From Dendrobates tinctorius (taxonomy: Eukaryota): a DNA stretch of 64,000 bases. The number at the start of each line of letters is the position of its first letter. The stretch's first letter is position 1. A model generated the notes under the pieces. It had not been told where the DNA came from. It worked only from the letters and a program-made list of their open reading frames with translations, and did no database searches. Location: contig NW_027361687.1 of assembly GCF_039654945.1 (NCBI RefSeq), positions 49,414,001-49,478,000 of the forward strand, written 5' to 3'. Positions 48,386 to 60,181 of the stretch are shown here, piece by piece. The position numbers and the translations under genes are program-made.

Positions 48386-49836
48386 TTAAGATGGTGGGCA
48401 GTATTGCCGCCATTAGAGACCTCGTGGCTGTCACCTGGCTTTTCCAGAACACAACACAGCATAGCACATGCAGATGTCTGGGAGAGTGGGGTGACTTCCT
48501 GACTCCAGTCAGCAATCTTGGTTTTTGCTGTGATTAATGAATGTTTTTCTGTCGGGCCTCATTACTTTTCCACTGGTGATCGCAGATTTCCTGTGTACAC
48601 GTGCCGCTCTTTCCATTTCAGCTCCATTAATCTTTTTTCCTTTCAGCTTTAAAGGGGTCAATTTCCAAATAGTGCTTTTCCTAAATAAATGAGGCGAGCG
48701 GTGACACATGGCGCAGTGTGTGCGCTTTCTTTTTCGGACATTAGGACTTTAGGTCGCGCTCCATATATCAGTTACTTAACTGTTCTGTAAACACATTACA
48801 TCTCCACGTCTGCAGCTGCAACTCCCAAGTCTTTACCGTATCCCAGAAACGGCAGTGTTCTCCAGAATCGTCCCTCATCTGTCGGTATATCTCAGTTTCT
48901 GTTAGCATGCAGAATCAATTGCATTGATGGAACTAAGTGGGTATGTTACCGTCCCTTTAAAAATTAAAGGGACTGTACGGTGAAAAAAAACTAGGAGCAA
49001 TTAGGTCTTATATAATGTCTGGTTTCTGCTTAATACTTTTTTGTATTTTAAAATCCTCAAAAAAGTATTTCAATCTCCTAAAAGTTGTCTTTGTATGTCT
49101 CCATTTTGTGACCTGCTTAGAAAATGTGACCAATAGATTCATTAAAAGAGACGGAGCAAATTCTAATGGGGCCAAGAGTGATAGAATATCTGTTGCTTTG
49201 TCGGTTTTTACCATAATGGGGACCAAACAAGTTGTAGTCTGACCCCCTTTATGTAAGCCCCACCCTTCTGAATGCACTAGCAAATGATGCATGTTGGCCA
49301 TGGATTATGGCAGCAGGACAGCTCCTCAGGGGCTATCGCCTTGGTGTTTTAAGATCTTAGATGTCGGGAGCACCCTGATCTGTATGAACCCATATGTACC
49401 TCAGATGTTGGGGCCGGATGTGATATAGGGGTAATGGCGCCTCCTGTAATCTGTTTTATTACAGTGACGTATAGTTAAGTGCCTGTTATGTTTGTTCTAG
49501 TGGGCGAGATTACACGAGCGGTGTAATACAGATAATGGCGATAGCCCGGCATGCGATTTGTCATTTAGAGTGGCTTTTATTTTGCAGGGTCTTTTTTTTT
49601 TTTTTTTTTTTTTGTAAGGCCTTTTTACACTGTTTTCCTGTTAAATTGTGCAGATTTCTAAAGGTACATCACACTCTATAACGGGCCGTATGACAAACTG
49701 TAAGGCTGCCATTACGGCCCCTGTTTTGTCGAACCCTTATTTGATGGCCTGCCCATAGGGCTTGTCGTGCTGTAGTGTGGTAAATATGTCACGGAAAGTT
49801 TTGAGTTTTATTTAATGTTTTTTTTTTTTTCCCCAG

Positions 49837-49938
49837 AATAATCATGGCGGAGAGGAATTCCATGTGGTCCTGGGCAATGAAGCCTGTGACCTAGATTCCA
49901 TGGTGTCAGCCATCACACTGGCGTATTACTTGGCCAAG
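49837..49938 (+). CDS. PRUNE1: PRUNE1 exon 2
   Basis: [17 protein letters not shown] (DHH-family motif I); 102 nt. Confidence 0.94.
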
Positions 49939-50133
49939 GTGAGTGTCTATCCCATATCGGGACTATTATTACTAACCAAACTACTAAACCCGCATTCCCT
50001 CATGCTGGAGGAAAAAAACAAGTGAAAAAACAAAACCTGGCTGCCATCAGCATGATCCGTTACTCTCTTGTTTTGATGAGTCCGGATGGACCGGATTTGC
50101 ACACTGATGATATTTCTTCCTCTATTACTGTAG

Positions 50134-50339
50134 ACGTCTTCCAGCAAGAACATTGTTTTCGTTCCGGTGCTTAACATCCCCCGTCAGGACTTTCCTCTCC
50201 GAACAGAGAGTGCATTTTTCCTCAAAGAAAACTGTCTACCGGAGGCGCTCTTGATCTTCCGCGATGAGATAGACCTGGGCGGACTGTATGAGGCAGGCCA
50301 GTTGGTGTTGTCGCTGGTGGATCACAATGTGCTGCCCAG
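50134..50339 (+). CDS. PRUNE1: PRUNE1 exon 3
   Basis: [34 protein letters not shown]; 206 nt. Confidence 0.94.
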
Positions 50340-50549
50340 GTGAGGGAGCATCATTGGTGGCATCTCAGAGCATCCTCGCTGAGTGTGCCAGCTGCATGCG
50401 ATTGCATGGGAGTGGGCAGAAGGCAGAGATGGTTTGTTACCACTGCTGCCTACCTGATGGCTGAATGAGCACTGTGCGTGCAGTACAGGAACTAGGTATT
50501 TTTCTTGTATTTTTTTTTTTTATGTCTTACAAACCATTTTGTCGGTCAG

Positions 50550-50734
50550 GGCGGACTCTTTCATGGAAGATGTGGTAACAGAGGTCATAGACCACCACAT
50601 TGTGGACAGGAGCCCGTCTCGTAATTGCCGGGTTACCGCAGAACTGGTGGGATCTTGTACTACTTTGGTAGCAGAGAAGATCCTGCGGGAAGCCCCTCAT
50701 ATCCTGGACCCTCAAGTGGCATCCATGCTCCGTG
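50550..50734 (+). CDS. PRUNE1: PRUNE1 exon 4
   Basis: VTEVIDHH..ELVGSCTTLVAEKI; 185 nt. Confidence 0.94.
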
Positions 50735-50824
50735 GTAAATCCTCTATACTCGGTGTTCGCCTGGATTACCTAACTTGCAGAAAAGTGTCATGTCGAGTGA
50801 AGTATTTATTCGTTATCTTCACAG

Positions 50825-50983
50825 ATGCCATTGTCCTGGATTGTGTGAACATGGCACCCGCAGCTGGGAAGGTCACCCCGAAAGATACGGAGTACGTGAT
50901 AATCCTGGAGTCGAAGTTCCCTGACCTGCCACCGAGGGGCGCTGTGTTTGATTCTCTTCAGAATGCCAAGTTTAATGTGTCAG
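50825..50983 (+). CDS. PRUNE1: PRUNE1 exon 5
   Basis: AIVLDCVNM..GKVTPKD..FDSLQNAKFNVS; 159 nt. Confidence 0.94.
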
Positions 50984-51326
50984 GTATCGCTGAGATATTC
51001 TGCTTGAATATATGAGATATTGGCCCTTTGGGGTCTTATGGCCCAGACTCAGGAGCTGTATAAGACGGCATATGTTCCGATCACGGCTGTTCAATCGTCT
51101 GGATGGTGCTGTTAACCACTGATAGCGGCATATGAATGGTCTGGTTGCCGACTCCCATCACCAGTGACGCATTCGCTGGGCTGCTATAAGCCTGCTGGAG
51201 GCCTCCATAACTACTATCTTGGCCTTAAATTGTGACATTTCACAGCAGCTTTGGGTGCAACCAGAGAAGAGAACAGCAGGTGACTATCTCTGAGGAGCTG
51301 GATGTATTAACTCATTTATTGCGCAG

Positions 51327-51421
51327 GTCTAACCACAGATCAGATGCTCCGCAAGGACCTGAAAGTCCTGGTCGGTCTGGATATCAGGTTGGCCATCAGT
51401 GCCATATACATGGACATCGAG
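51327..51421 (+). CDS. PRUNE1: PRUNE1 exon 6
   Basis: GLTTDQMLRKDLK; 95 nt. Confidence 0.93.
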
Positions 51422-51540
51422 GTGAGTGTGATAAGCAATTGTCATCATTCGGGGGAGGAGTAGTCAGGCTGGATGTCCGGCCCGCACCTAAGGCAATGTT
51501 TTTCCGCTCTCGGTTCTCTGCATTTTTATTTTCCTCTAAG

Positions 51541-51696
51541 GAGTTCCTCCAGAGGAAAGACATGGAGGACGAGCTACAGGATTTCTGTCAGAGACACCAT
51601 TACAACGTCATTGTCGCCATGGCAATCGCCTTCACCAGTGCCGAGCCAAGGAGGCAGATAGCTGTCTACAGCCTTCAGGGGGTGCTGAGAGCAATG
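51541..51696 (+). CDS. PRUNE1: PRUNE1 exon 7
   Basis: EFLQRK..FCQRHHYNVIVAMAI..EPRRQIAVYS; 156 nt. Confidence 0.92.
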
Positions 51697-52304
51697 GTAA
51701 GACAATACATGGGAAGGTGTAAACGGGGGGTCAAGGCGGTCAGCCTGCACGCTTCCTGACCAGTGATATCCAATATGGCAGCCGCCCAGACTCCTCTGTG
51801 GTCATTTATCAGACATATCAGTCAGGAGTGTGGGCTGGAGCTGGCGGCCATCTTTAATTTGTTTATCTGACGTTCCAGCATGGTGGAGGAAAGCGACAGA
51901 TAAGCACTGTGTGTGTTCACGAGGCAGGGGCGGTTATATATACAGGGTGGCGAGGACACGCCGTGGACTTTGCTCCTGTCTGTCACCTCATGGTATGTAA
52001 AAGCTATATTTTCTGCGGGCATTGAGTTCTTAAAGGGCTCCTCTGCCTGAGCAGAGTCAGGCCAGTGACTCCAGCAGCAGCTCTCCCTCCTGACTCTTCA
52101 TACACATGCACACTCTGCTCAAGCGAGTGCGCTTGTGTTCTCAACAGGAACAGGGGGAATCAGCCGACCTCTGATAGCCATATTCACAACCAACTTCTCT
52201 CCCTTGACGTCTGCTGTCAGGGGAAATAGTCGGGAAACCCTCCAAATACATCAGGTGATCAGTATGTCCCACCAACAAGAAGCATTGCCTGGTCTCCTCA
52301 AGGA

Positions 52305-52503
52305 ATTTATTTATTTTTTATTTATTTTACTCATTTATATAGCGCCATTAATTCCACAACACGGTACAGAGATTATCAGCGCTGTCCACATTGGGGCTCA
52401 CAATCTAGTGTCCTTGTCAGTATGTCTTTGGAGTGTGTGTGAGGAAACCCACGCAAACACGGGGAGAACATACAAACTCCTTGCAGATGTTGTCCTTGGT
52501 GGG
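52305..52503 (-). mobile_element. V-SINE-like SINE fragment with L2-type tail
   Basis: Minus-strand TTCTCCCCGTGTTTGCGTGGGTTTCCTC core, GCGCTATATAAAT and an (AAAT)n tail. Confidence 0.65.
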
Positions 52504-53804
52504 ATGACCTTACTCTTCAGTGACCAAGAGTATTCTGAAAACTGAAAACCTGCAATGGGTGAAAGCGACCACTAGAGGGAGCTCTGACACTGGTAGCTGA
52601 GGACCTCCATAATTGTAGTAATTTTATAAGAACTTAAAAAAAACACTGTAACCTTTTTTCATTTATTGGCCTGTACATGCTAATTATATATTTAGATTTT
52701 TAACAATTTTTTTTTTTTTTTTTTTTTTCTCACCATCCCCCACCCTGTCTGCCCACAGGGCTGTCATACCTCCCTGTAACTGGATCTGGGTCATTCATTA
52801 ACTTGACCAAAGTTTAAACTTTCAGCTTTGAAACATGAACCTGGGACATTTGCTTATTTTCACACAGACATTCCCAACAAGAAGCCGTAACCCACAGTCA
52901 GCCGTAGGTGAGAAACAAGTAGACGAGGGGTAGTTGTGCGGTGACTTAAATATGGATTATAAAATGTTAACTTCCTCCCCCTTTTCCTTGAGCTATATTG
53001 GACCTCGGCATTTATCTAATATTTATGACCTGTCCTGTCGAGATGCATAGATGTCTGAGATAAGAACACCCCTTTAATACTCCCCACTAATGGCCATTGT
53101 GGCAGACTCTGGGTATTCCTCTGACTGGCCACCGTGTAATACCGCATGTCACCTGTCGTGGCCACTGTTGGGTGAGATGCTTAGCTGGCTCATTTTCCTA
53201 GTTCATCTTGGTATGCTGGTATCAGGACTTGCAGTGAATAACTGGGCACCCAGCATCTTTAACCCCCACAGGAAATGGGCATTTCTCTTTTTTGTACGCT
53301 TTCCTTTCTGTTTTTCCCAGCATAACGAGACCATTTGTTTTATTGGAAATCGGGTGGGGGGGGAGACACAATTTTGCCATTATTTTTTACCTGACAGCAT
53401 GATTTTCTGGGGTAGTATAAAAAGACCCATAAGTTTGAGACAATGGCCAATATTTTCATAAAATGTACTAGCTGAAGAGCCCCGCTCTTTCCGGGTATAG
53501 TAACTAACTACGGTTAGTTATAACAAATTATAATTTTATATATATAGATAGATATAGAGATATTGATATAGTGAAGAGCCCCGCCCACTCCGTATAGCCA
53601 CATTCACTATAATTGTAGACAGTCAGGTAGGCGACTTCAAAGAGAGCGCCAGGCTGGCGGTGGGAGTAGGAACAATGAGGATGGTCTGCTGCAGCTCTAG
53701 CCGGGTACCTCAAGAGAGGGTCAGACAGGATAAAAGTAAAATAGACCGGTCATAAGGAGCGCAAGTGACACAGTTCAGCTGGTATTAAAAGTCTTCATTT
53801 GTTT

Positions 53805-53847
53805 CCACAACGCGTTTCAATGGAATGGCTCCATCTTCCTCAGGTGG
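53805..53847 (-). ncRNA. Minimal type I hammerhead ribozyme motif (antisense copy)
   Basis: CCAC-CTGAGGA-A-GATGGA[GCCAT]TCCATT-GAAAC-GCGTT-GTGG. Confidence 0.75.
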
Positions 53848-53859
53848 CAGTGATAACTG

Positions 53860-53902
53860 CCACCTGAGGATGACGGAGCCATTCCGTTGAAACGCGTTGT
53901 GG
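53860..53902 (+). ncRNA. Minimal type I hammerhead ribozyme motif (sense to PRUNE1)
   Basis: CCAC-CTGAGGA-T-GACGGA[GCCAT]TCCGTT-GAAAC-GCGTT-GTGG; intact CUGANGA/GAAA core, GUU site at 53896-53898. Confidence 0.78.
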
Positions 53903-53996
53903 AAACTAACAAATGAAGACTTTTAATACCAGCTGAACTGTGTCACTTGCTCTCCTTATGACCGGTCTATTTTACTATTATCACATTCACTATAAT

Positions 53997-54688
53997 ATCC
54001 CACATCCCGTCAGCCAGAGCTACCGGACTACTACCCTAATATCCCACATCATCCCGTCAGCCAGAGCTACCGGACTACTACCCCCTAATATCCCACATAA
54101 TCCCGTCAGCTAGAGCAACCGGACAACTACCCCTAATATCCCACATCATCCCGTCAGCTAGAGCCACCGGACTACTACCCCTAATATCCCACATCATCCC
54201 GTCAGCCAGAGCCACCGGACTACTACCCCTAATATCCCACATCATCCCGTCAGCCAGAGCTACCGGACTACTACCCCTAATATCCCACATCATCCCGTCA
54301 GCCAGAGCTACCGGACTACTACCCCTAATATCCCACATCATCCCGTCAGCCAGAGCTACCGGACTACTACCCCTAATATCCCACATCATCCCGTCAGCCA
54401 GAGCTACCGGACTACTATCCCTAATATCCCACATCATCCCGTCAGCCAGAGCTACCGGACTACTACCACTAATATCCCACATCATCCCGTCAGCTAGAGC
54501 CACCGGACTACTACCCCTAATATCCCACATCATCCCGTCAGCCAGAGCCACCGGACTACTATCCCTAATATTCCACATCATCCCATCAGCCAGAGCCACC
54601 GGACTACTACCCCTAATATCCCACATCATCCCGTCAGCCAGAGCTACCGGACTACTACCCCCTAATATCCCACATAATCCCGTCAGCC
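53997..54688. repeat. 48-bp minisatellite (~14 copies) inside the Helitron
   Basis: Unit CCCCTAATATCCCACATCATCCCGTCAGCCAGAGCTACCGGACTACTA. Confidence 0.95.
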
Positions 54689-55571
54689 TGGGGTCAATAC
54701 CAAAGCGCAGAGTGGATTTGCCCTGACTTGCATACCAATGATCCCTTTAATAGAACCCTGGGGTCAGAATCAAAGCACTGAGTGGGAACGGTCCTTAACG
54801 TCCATACCGGGGATCCCTTTAAAAGAGGCCTGGGGTCAAAACCAAAGCGCTGTATGGATTTGCTCTGACTTCCATACCAATGATCCCTTTAGGAGGGAAG
54901 ATGTGCCTATAGGATGGAGGATGTGTGATGTGTATATGGGCACGGGAGGGGGGGGATTCATTTGTCATGTGCTCTGTGCTCCTTTTTAGGGAGCAGACAA
55001 TGGCTGGGAGCGTATGTTCCAAGGGATGCTAGATTTCTCCCACCATGTCAATGTCTGCTGAGGTGTTGTCAAGTGGGAAAACTTGCTCATAGCAACCAAT
55101 CACAGCTCAGCTTCTTTTGAACAGCTCTGGTGAAATGAAAGATGCTTCGTGATTGGTTGGTGATACACACATGCATACATTCAGTTTTATATATATAGAT
55201 TATCATTTTGTAAGAGGTTATTGTTCAGTTTGATGGAATTTGGCGGAATGGGCTTGTAATAACAAGCACTATTACAATTTACTGCCAATTAAAATTTGCA
55301 GCCGTTCTTCAGAAATTGACACTTTTGTTTACAGCTCGTTGCTTAGGAGACCGGCCACTTTGGCTGTCTAGTTTGTAAGCACTGGCACTGGCCAGCTTAA
55401 AAACAGCGCTTGCAAGCTTGACTGGAAGAAATCTTGTAAGCACTGCATACATTCTGCTGTCTTGCAGCCGTGGTCTGTTTCCAAGGCATCTAGTTATAAA
55501 CCAAAGCGTTACAATTTAAATAACAGCTGAAAATTTTCCTTTTTTTTTTTTTTTTTTCTTTTCTGTATTAG

Positions 55572-56114
55572 GTGAGTAACGTTCTGGAGCAGGCCACATC
55601 GCCAGATCTGGAGCTGTCCCCTATAACACACCATTCTTGTAGCCACGTTACGGCCTACAGCCAAGGCAACACCGTCGCTTCCCGCAAGAAAGTCCTGCCG
55701 ATCCTGAAGGACTTCTTCAAGAAAAGGGACAGCGAGGAAAGCAGCGGCCGACCCATGCAGTCTTTCCAGGGGGCCGAGGACTGTAAGGGACATCCTGAAT
55801 TTATGGATCGTCATGTGGAATATAATTCAGAGATGAGCGAGCGGCACGGAGACCCCGAGGAGCAGTTGGACAACCTGGACGTTTGCGGTGGAGATGAAAT
55901 AAAGGGCAAAGGATTCGGAGCCGGGTTCAGCAGACAGATGGAGGCCGGACTGGAGGAGGACAACTCCTTCCCACCAACCCCTATGAACAGTCTTGTGGAG
56001 GGTTGTCCCCTTGATCGGGGGCTGCCAAAATTGACTGCGGAAGCCATTTTAGAGCGGATCAACCGTATCACTGTGGTAAATTCTGAGGTAAACTCCACAA
56101 CTGGAAGCCAATGA
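55572..56114 (+). CDS. PRUNE1: PRUNE1 last exon (exopolyphosphatase/DHH phosphoesterase C-terminus)
   Basis: YSQGNTVASRKKVLPIL and PPTPMNSLVEGCPLDRGLPKL; spliced CDS of 1485 nt stays in frame. Confidence 0.94.
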   Translation: MSNVLEQATSPDLELSPITHHSCSHVTAYSQGNTVASRKKVLPILKDFFKKRDSEESSGRPMQSFQGAEDCKGHPEFMDRHVEYNSEMSERHGDPEEQLDNLDVCGGDEIKGKGFGAGFSRQMEAGLEEDNSFPPTPMNSLVEGCPLDRGLPKLTAEAILERINRITVVNSEVNSTTGSQ

Positions 56115-58008
56115 CGAGGCCAAAATCCCAAATGAAATGTCTCCTACCAGAAGAAAAAAAAATATTGCGGTGTTACTCGAGAGCAACGCATTACTTATTT
56201 TTTATATAATTTTTTTCTTTTTTAAATTTGGAAATTTTAGGTTTTTGCAGGTTCGGGTTGTGTTCCATGTTAATTACCTCAGGTCAGGAAGGGACTTTAT
56301 GGAAAATCTTTCCTAACATTGTCTGTTTGCTTGTGACAGAGTGCATGCTGGGAGCTTTTCATGTTAAAATGTCGCAAGTAACCCTTTGCCCTCCTCCTTT
56401 TGACGTGAAATATTTATTATCTAATATTTAATGGCGGAAGTCATTTTGTAGAATGAGCCTCGTTTCTTATACGGTACAGGAGGTAATCAAAATGGCCGCC
56501 GGAAGTGTCTGAAAGTCTGTCTTTAGCAACCACTCACAACTCTGCTTTCATTTTACATTAAAAAAGAAAGCTGAGCTGTGATTGGTTGCTATGGGCAGCA
56601 AAGATAGGTGTACAAATTTGATAGGCTGGTGGAACAATGCAAAAATGTCAGCTGTTGCTAGGTAGAATACCGTAGGTATAAAATGATTTTCATGGATGGT
56701 GGCGCCATTATGTCCATGGCTTGATACATGAAGAATATAAATAATGAAGCACAAATATAAAAAATAAAATGTTCTAATAATGCAACTAATAATATGTTCT
56801 GCGTGATTCCTGGTAGATTGAGGTCTCTAGGCCTATATGTAGGGTAATATATAGTCAATTTAGGACACAGACCATTAATAAAGGATTAACCTAATGAAAA
56901 CTGGAAAACTTAGACATGACTACTTTTCACCCCAATATCTCACCCTTAAAATTCCAGGTTCGCAGGGGTTCGTGAAGCTGAGACACAAGGCACTGAATGT
57001 TGGGGTCCTCACACAATAGAGTTGCTGTAGGGGTCTTCGTTCCTGCCTGTGATAGAACAAGGTGGTCACCAGGGACTTTCTTCCCCTGTCTTACAAAATA
57101 CCGGCTCTGCGGGGGCTGGATTAATTATGCAGAATCCCTTGAAGACCTGACTGGTCGTGTGACCATTCCTAGTCCCTTGTACTGTTTGGGACATGTGTTG
57201 CTTTTTTTTTCCAAGGTGGAATTGGTGGTCTCTAGCGAGGTGCGACAATCAAATGTGGTGAAACTTAAAGGGCAACTCCCACCTAAAGGGTTTGTAGTCA
57301 TGGCTCTGCCCACTGTTAGTGACATCACTGAATTGTAATATGATGTAAATAAAATTTATAATTAAAGGGAAGCCTTCCCACAACTGTTCTTAACTGTTTT
57401 TAAGAGACATTCAGAGGGGATGGCACACTACGGGTCATTTATCGTTGGTGTAAACGGCCAGTACCGCATACCCATGACCACACTTCCTATGTTCTGTTTC
57501 TGCCCATGTCTGGTTTTGAGACTCTGGATGTGATGTTTAATAAATGAATACTTCCTCCCTGTTATGTCATGCATTGTGATTTTATTACACCCGATTACAC
57601 AGCATACCACGTGGCACATCACATTGAGGTTCAGGTATTGCTGGGATGTGCTGCTGTGACCGAGGCAGAGAGCTGCATTTTGTAGTCTGCCTCCTAAGCA
57701 TTCAAAAGCCATGATAGTTTTTGGTGTTTTGTAAGTGGTTAACACACACACACACACACTCACACTCTCTCTTCAGGCAGCAGTGTGCTCTCGTCACGTG
57801 TCAGGACGGGCTGCAGTTTGAAGAAATGCAGTAATCAATGTGTCTCAAATGACAGAGGAGCTGTCTCATAAGACAGACTCATGCTAGTGAGCTACTGAAG
57901 AAGGGCTGTGACAGGAGAAGAAATAAATCTCCTTGGTTGTTGGAGTACTGATGCTGGATTTACTTTTTCTCCTGTCACAGCTCCACTCTCACGGGTACGT
58001 GTGCTTAA

Positions 58009-58295
58009 CAGTGATGAGCGAACGTGCTGGGATAATGTGTTATCCGAGCATGCTCGGATGCTAACCGAGTGTCTTTGGTGTGGCCGAATAATATGTTTGA
58101 GTCCCCGAGGCTGCATGTGCTGTTAGAACGCCGCAACACATGCAAGGATTGTAAGCAGGAGCACTTTCCGCATGTGTTTTAGCGGTCTAACAGTACATGC
58201 AGCTGCGGGAATTTGAACATATTGTTTGAGCATGCCGAAGACACTCAGCACCCGGGCATGCTCTGATAACATCCCAGCACGTTCGCTCATCACTA
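58009..58295. mobile_element. hAT-type palindromic MITE
   Basis: TIR (C/T)AGTGATGAGCGAACGTGCTGGGAT; flanks GTGCTTAA / GTGCTCAT. Confidence 0.75.
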
Positions 58296-58733
58296 GTGCT
58301 CATGATAAAGGTCTTTGTTACTGTGATTTTAGACTGAAGAGCATGCTGACATGTGACCAGGACAGGTTGCAGTTTGAATTATGTGACAGATGGCCATTTT
58401 ATTACATTCTTGGAGAATTCCTTTAAGAACTACACCTAGGTAATGCTGGGATTCTCTGCTGTGATCGAGGCAGAGTGCTGCTTTCTTCATAGTCTGGACT
58501 CCATCTTCCTTACCATGAAAGATTCCAGCAAAGTGTCCAGAAGCTTTTTGGGCCACGTAAGGCCTATGCATAAATATTATTTCTGCCCCCCCCCCCCCTG
58601 TAGAATTTATGGAAGGAGGTGAGAAGAAAAATTAAAACTCAGCTGAATTGACAAGGAAGAAAAAAACGAAACACTTGATGCAGGTCTGAAAGGTGGAAGA
58701 ACTGGTTTGTGATAGGTGTGTATTCCCTGCATA

Positions 58734-58825
58734 ATGAGTCTGGGCGAGGAGAAAACCTCTCTCGCAACCATCACACAACTACTAAAGATGGACAATGACG
58801 GCGAGCCAGGATATCTGCACCAAAG
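58734..58825 (+). CDS. BNIPL: Probable BNIPL exon 1 (ATG at 58734 or in-frame ATG at 58788)
   Basis: AAG|GTGAGT donor in phase 2, compatible with the phase-2 acceptor at 63327; protein similarity is weak. Confidence 0.5.
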
Positions 58826-59143
58826 GTGAGTGCTCTCCTCCATCCCCCTGTACGTGGCTGCAACCTCTTCTGGGACCTGACATAATCCATAATAACCTTG
58901 GGGAATTAATTTTAATCATACCTGTGGGGACAGTGGTAGTTTATAAAATGTCCTATAATATCACTCTTACCCCTTAGTATTTATATCAGATGTAATCCCT
59001 CGATCTGTGCTCGGATATTGAGTCCAGGTACTTTCTCCCTGCCCCTCCACACCCACTCAAATATCATCTTGTCACATAGTAGAGTGCTGCTGTAGGCGTA
59101 GTACGGTTACTGACATACATGGAAACATCATTAATATGGTTAT

Positions 59144-59364
59144 TAGGGATGAGCGAGCATGCACGGGTGCAAACAGTGTTTTTGGCATCCTCAAAAATCA
59201 TGTTCGAGTCCCTGCGGCTACATGTCTCGCAGATGTTCAACAGTCGCAACACATGCATGGATTGTCTGTCTCGTGGCTGCTAGACAGCCGCAACAAATAC
59301 AGGGATTTCCTAACAATCAGCCACGGGGACACTATTAGCACTCAAGCATGCTCGCTCACCTTTA
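59144..59364. mobile_element. Degraded hAT-type MITE, same family as 58009-58295
   Basis: TAGGGATGAGCGAGCATGC ... GCATGCTCGCTCACCTTTA. Confidence 0.6.
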
Positions 59365-60181
59365 GTTATCAGTATTTGTAGGGAAAATGGCAGGAAGAGA
59401 GTACCTGGACCGTTGACTCATACCCTCATCTGTAAGATGATTCCCCCTCCCCCGAGTTGCTTGTTATTTTAGGATGTGGTGGGGTTTTTTTCTTTAAATC
59501 CGGGAGGAATTGGATATGTCTTACAATATTTTGTGACACCTTTAACAATGGAATTTCCCTTTGTCATGATTCTACAATTTGGCAGGGGTTCACAGGCAGA
59601 GCCCTGTACTCAGGAGGTGTGGGAGCGCTTCCCAAAGCCTGGTTTTATGACTGTAGATCAGGAGTCCAGTGGGAGGGTCTGTTCTGAGCTGGATCCCCCG
59701 TTAGTCATGGCGGCTTACTCCTGCACCCTCTGATGAATTTGGTAATGACTGGAGATTACCTCCTTGTAATATTAACAAGTCTGGCAGTATATAAAACACA
59801 GGATTTTAACAAGCCCCTAAAAATGTCACCTCCAAGGTTCACATGTCCTGCTCATCGTACCTTTAATTACCGTACACATATATATCCATTACTCAGAAGT
59901 GAGTTGCTCACAGGTGTGTTTGGCCCTAGGCACCAGCCATATTTGTTGTTAAAGACACTCCCACTTTTAAAATGACAGATGGGTGGGAACTTGCCCCGTC
60001 TCATCTCCATGCTAAGGTGACAACCATAGGCAGCCATGACAGCGCCTTATGGGGTTGTCACCAGTCTAGAGAGCAACTCGGAGCTGCAGATGTGATCTAT
60101 GATTACAAGCACGCCCGCTACTGGACAGTCACATACTTGCTGATGGTCTCCATCTATCGAGTGTGCCCTACTACACACAAC

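Larger units (their letters stand above)
53614..53981. mobile_element. Non-coding fold-back (Penelope-like) insertion 3 with two inverted hammerheads
   Basis: Perfect 15-bp TSD CACATTCACTATAAT (53599-53613 / 53982-53996); arms 53730-53851 and 53856-53981 with a 4-nt loop. Confidence 0.85.
53468..55199 (-). mobile_element. Non-autonomous Helitron in PRUNE1 intron 7
   Basis: Minus strand A|TCTATATATATAAAACTGAATG ... CCCGGAAAGAGCGGG hairpin, CTAG|T. Confidence 0.75.

Noticed and set aside
45695-48462. Many repetitive ORFs (YYWESWGIQVAIF..., NKYGHLYPPAFP...)
   Set aside because: The 51-bp unit is a multiple of 3; frames switch at variable G-runs, so there is no coding constraint.
53817-53888. 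Apparent compensatory change in hammerhead stem II (ATGGA/TCCAT versus ACGGA/TCCGT) as proof of selection
   Set aside because: Both differences are CpG transitions and can arise neutrally by methyl-C deamination.
54078-54629. 183-aa 16-residue repeat ORF
   Set aside because: Translation of the 48-bp minisatellite.
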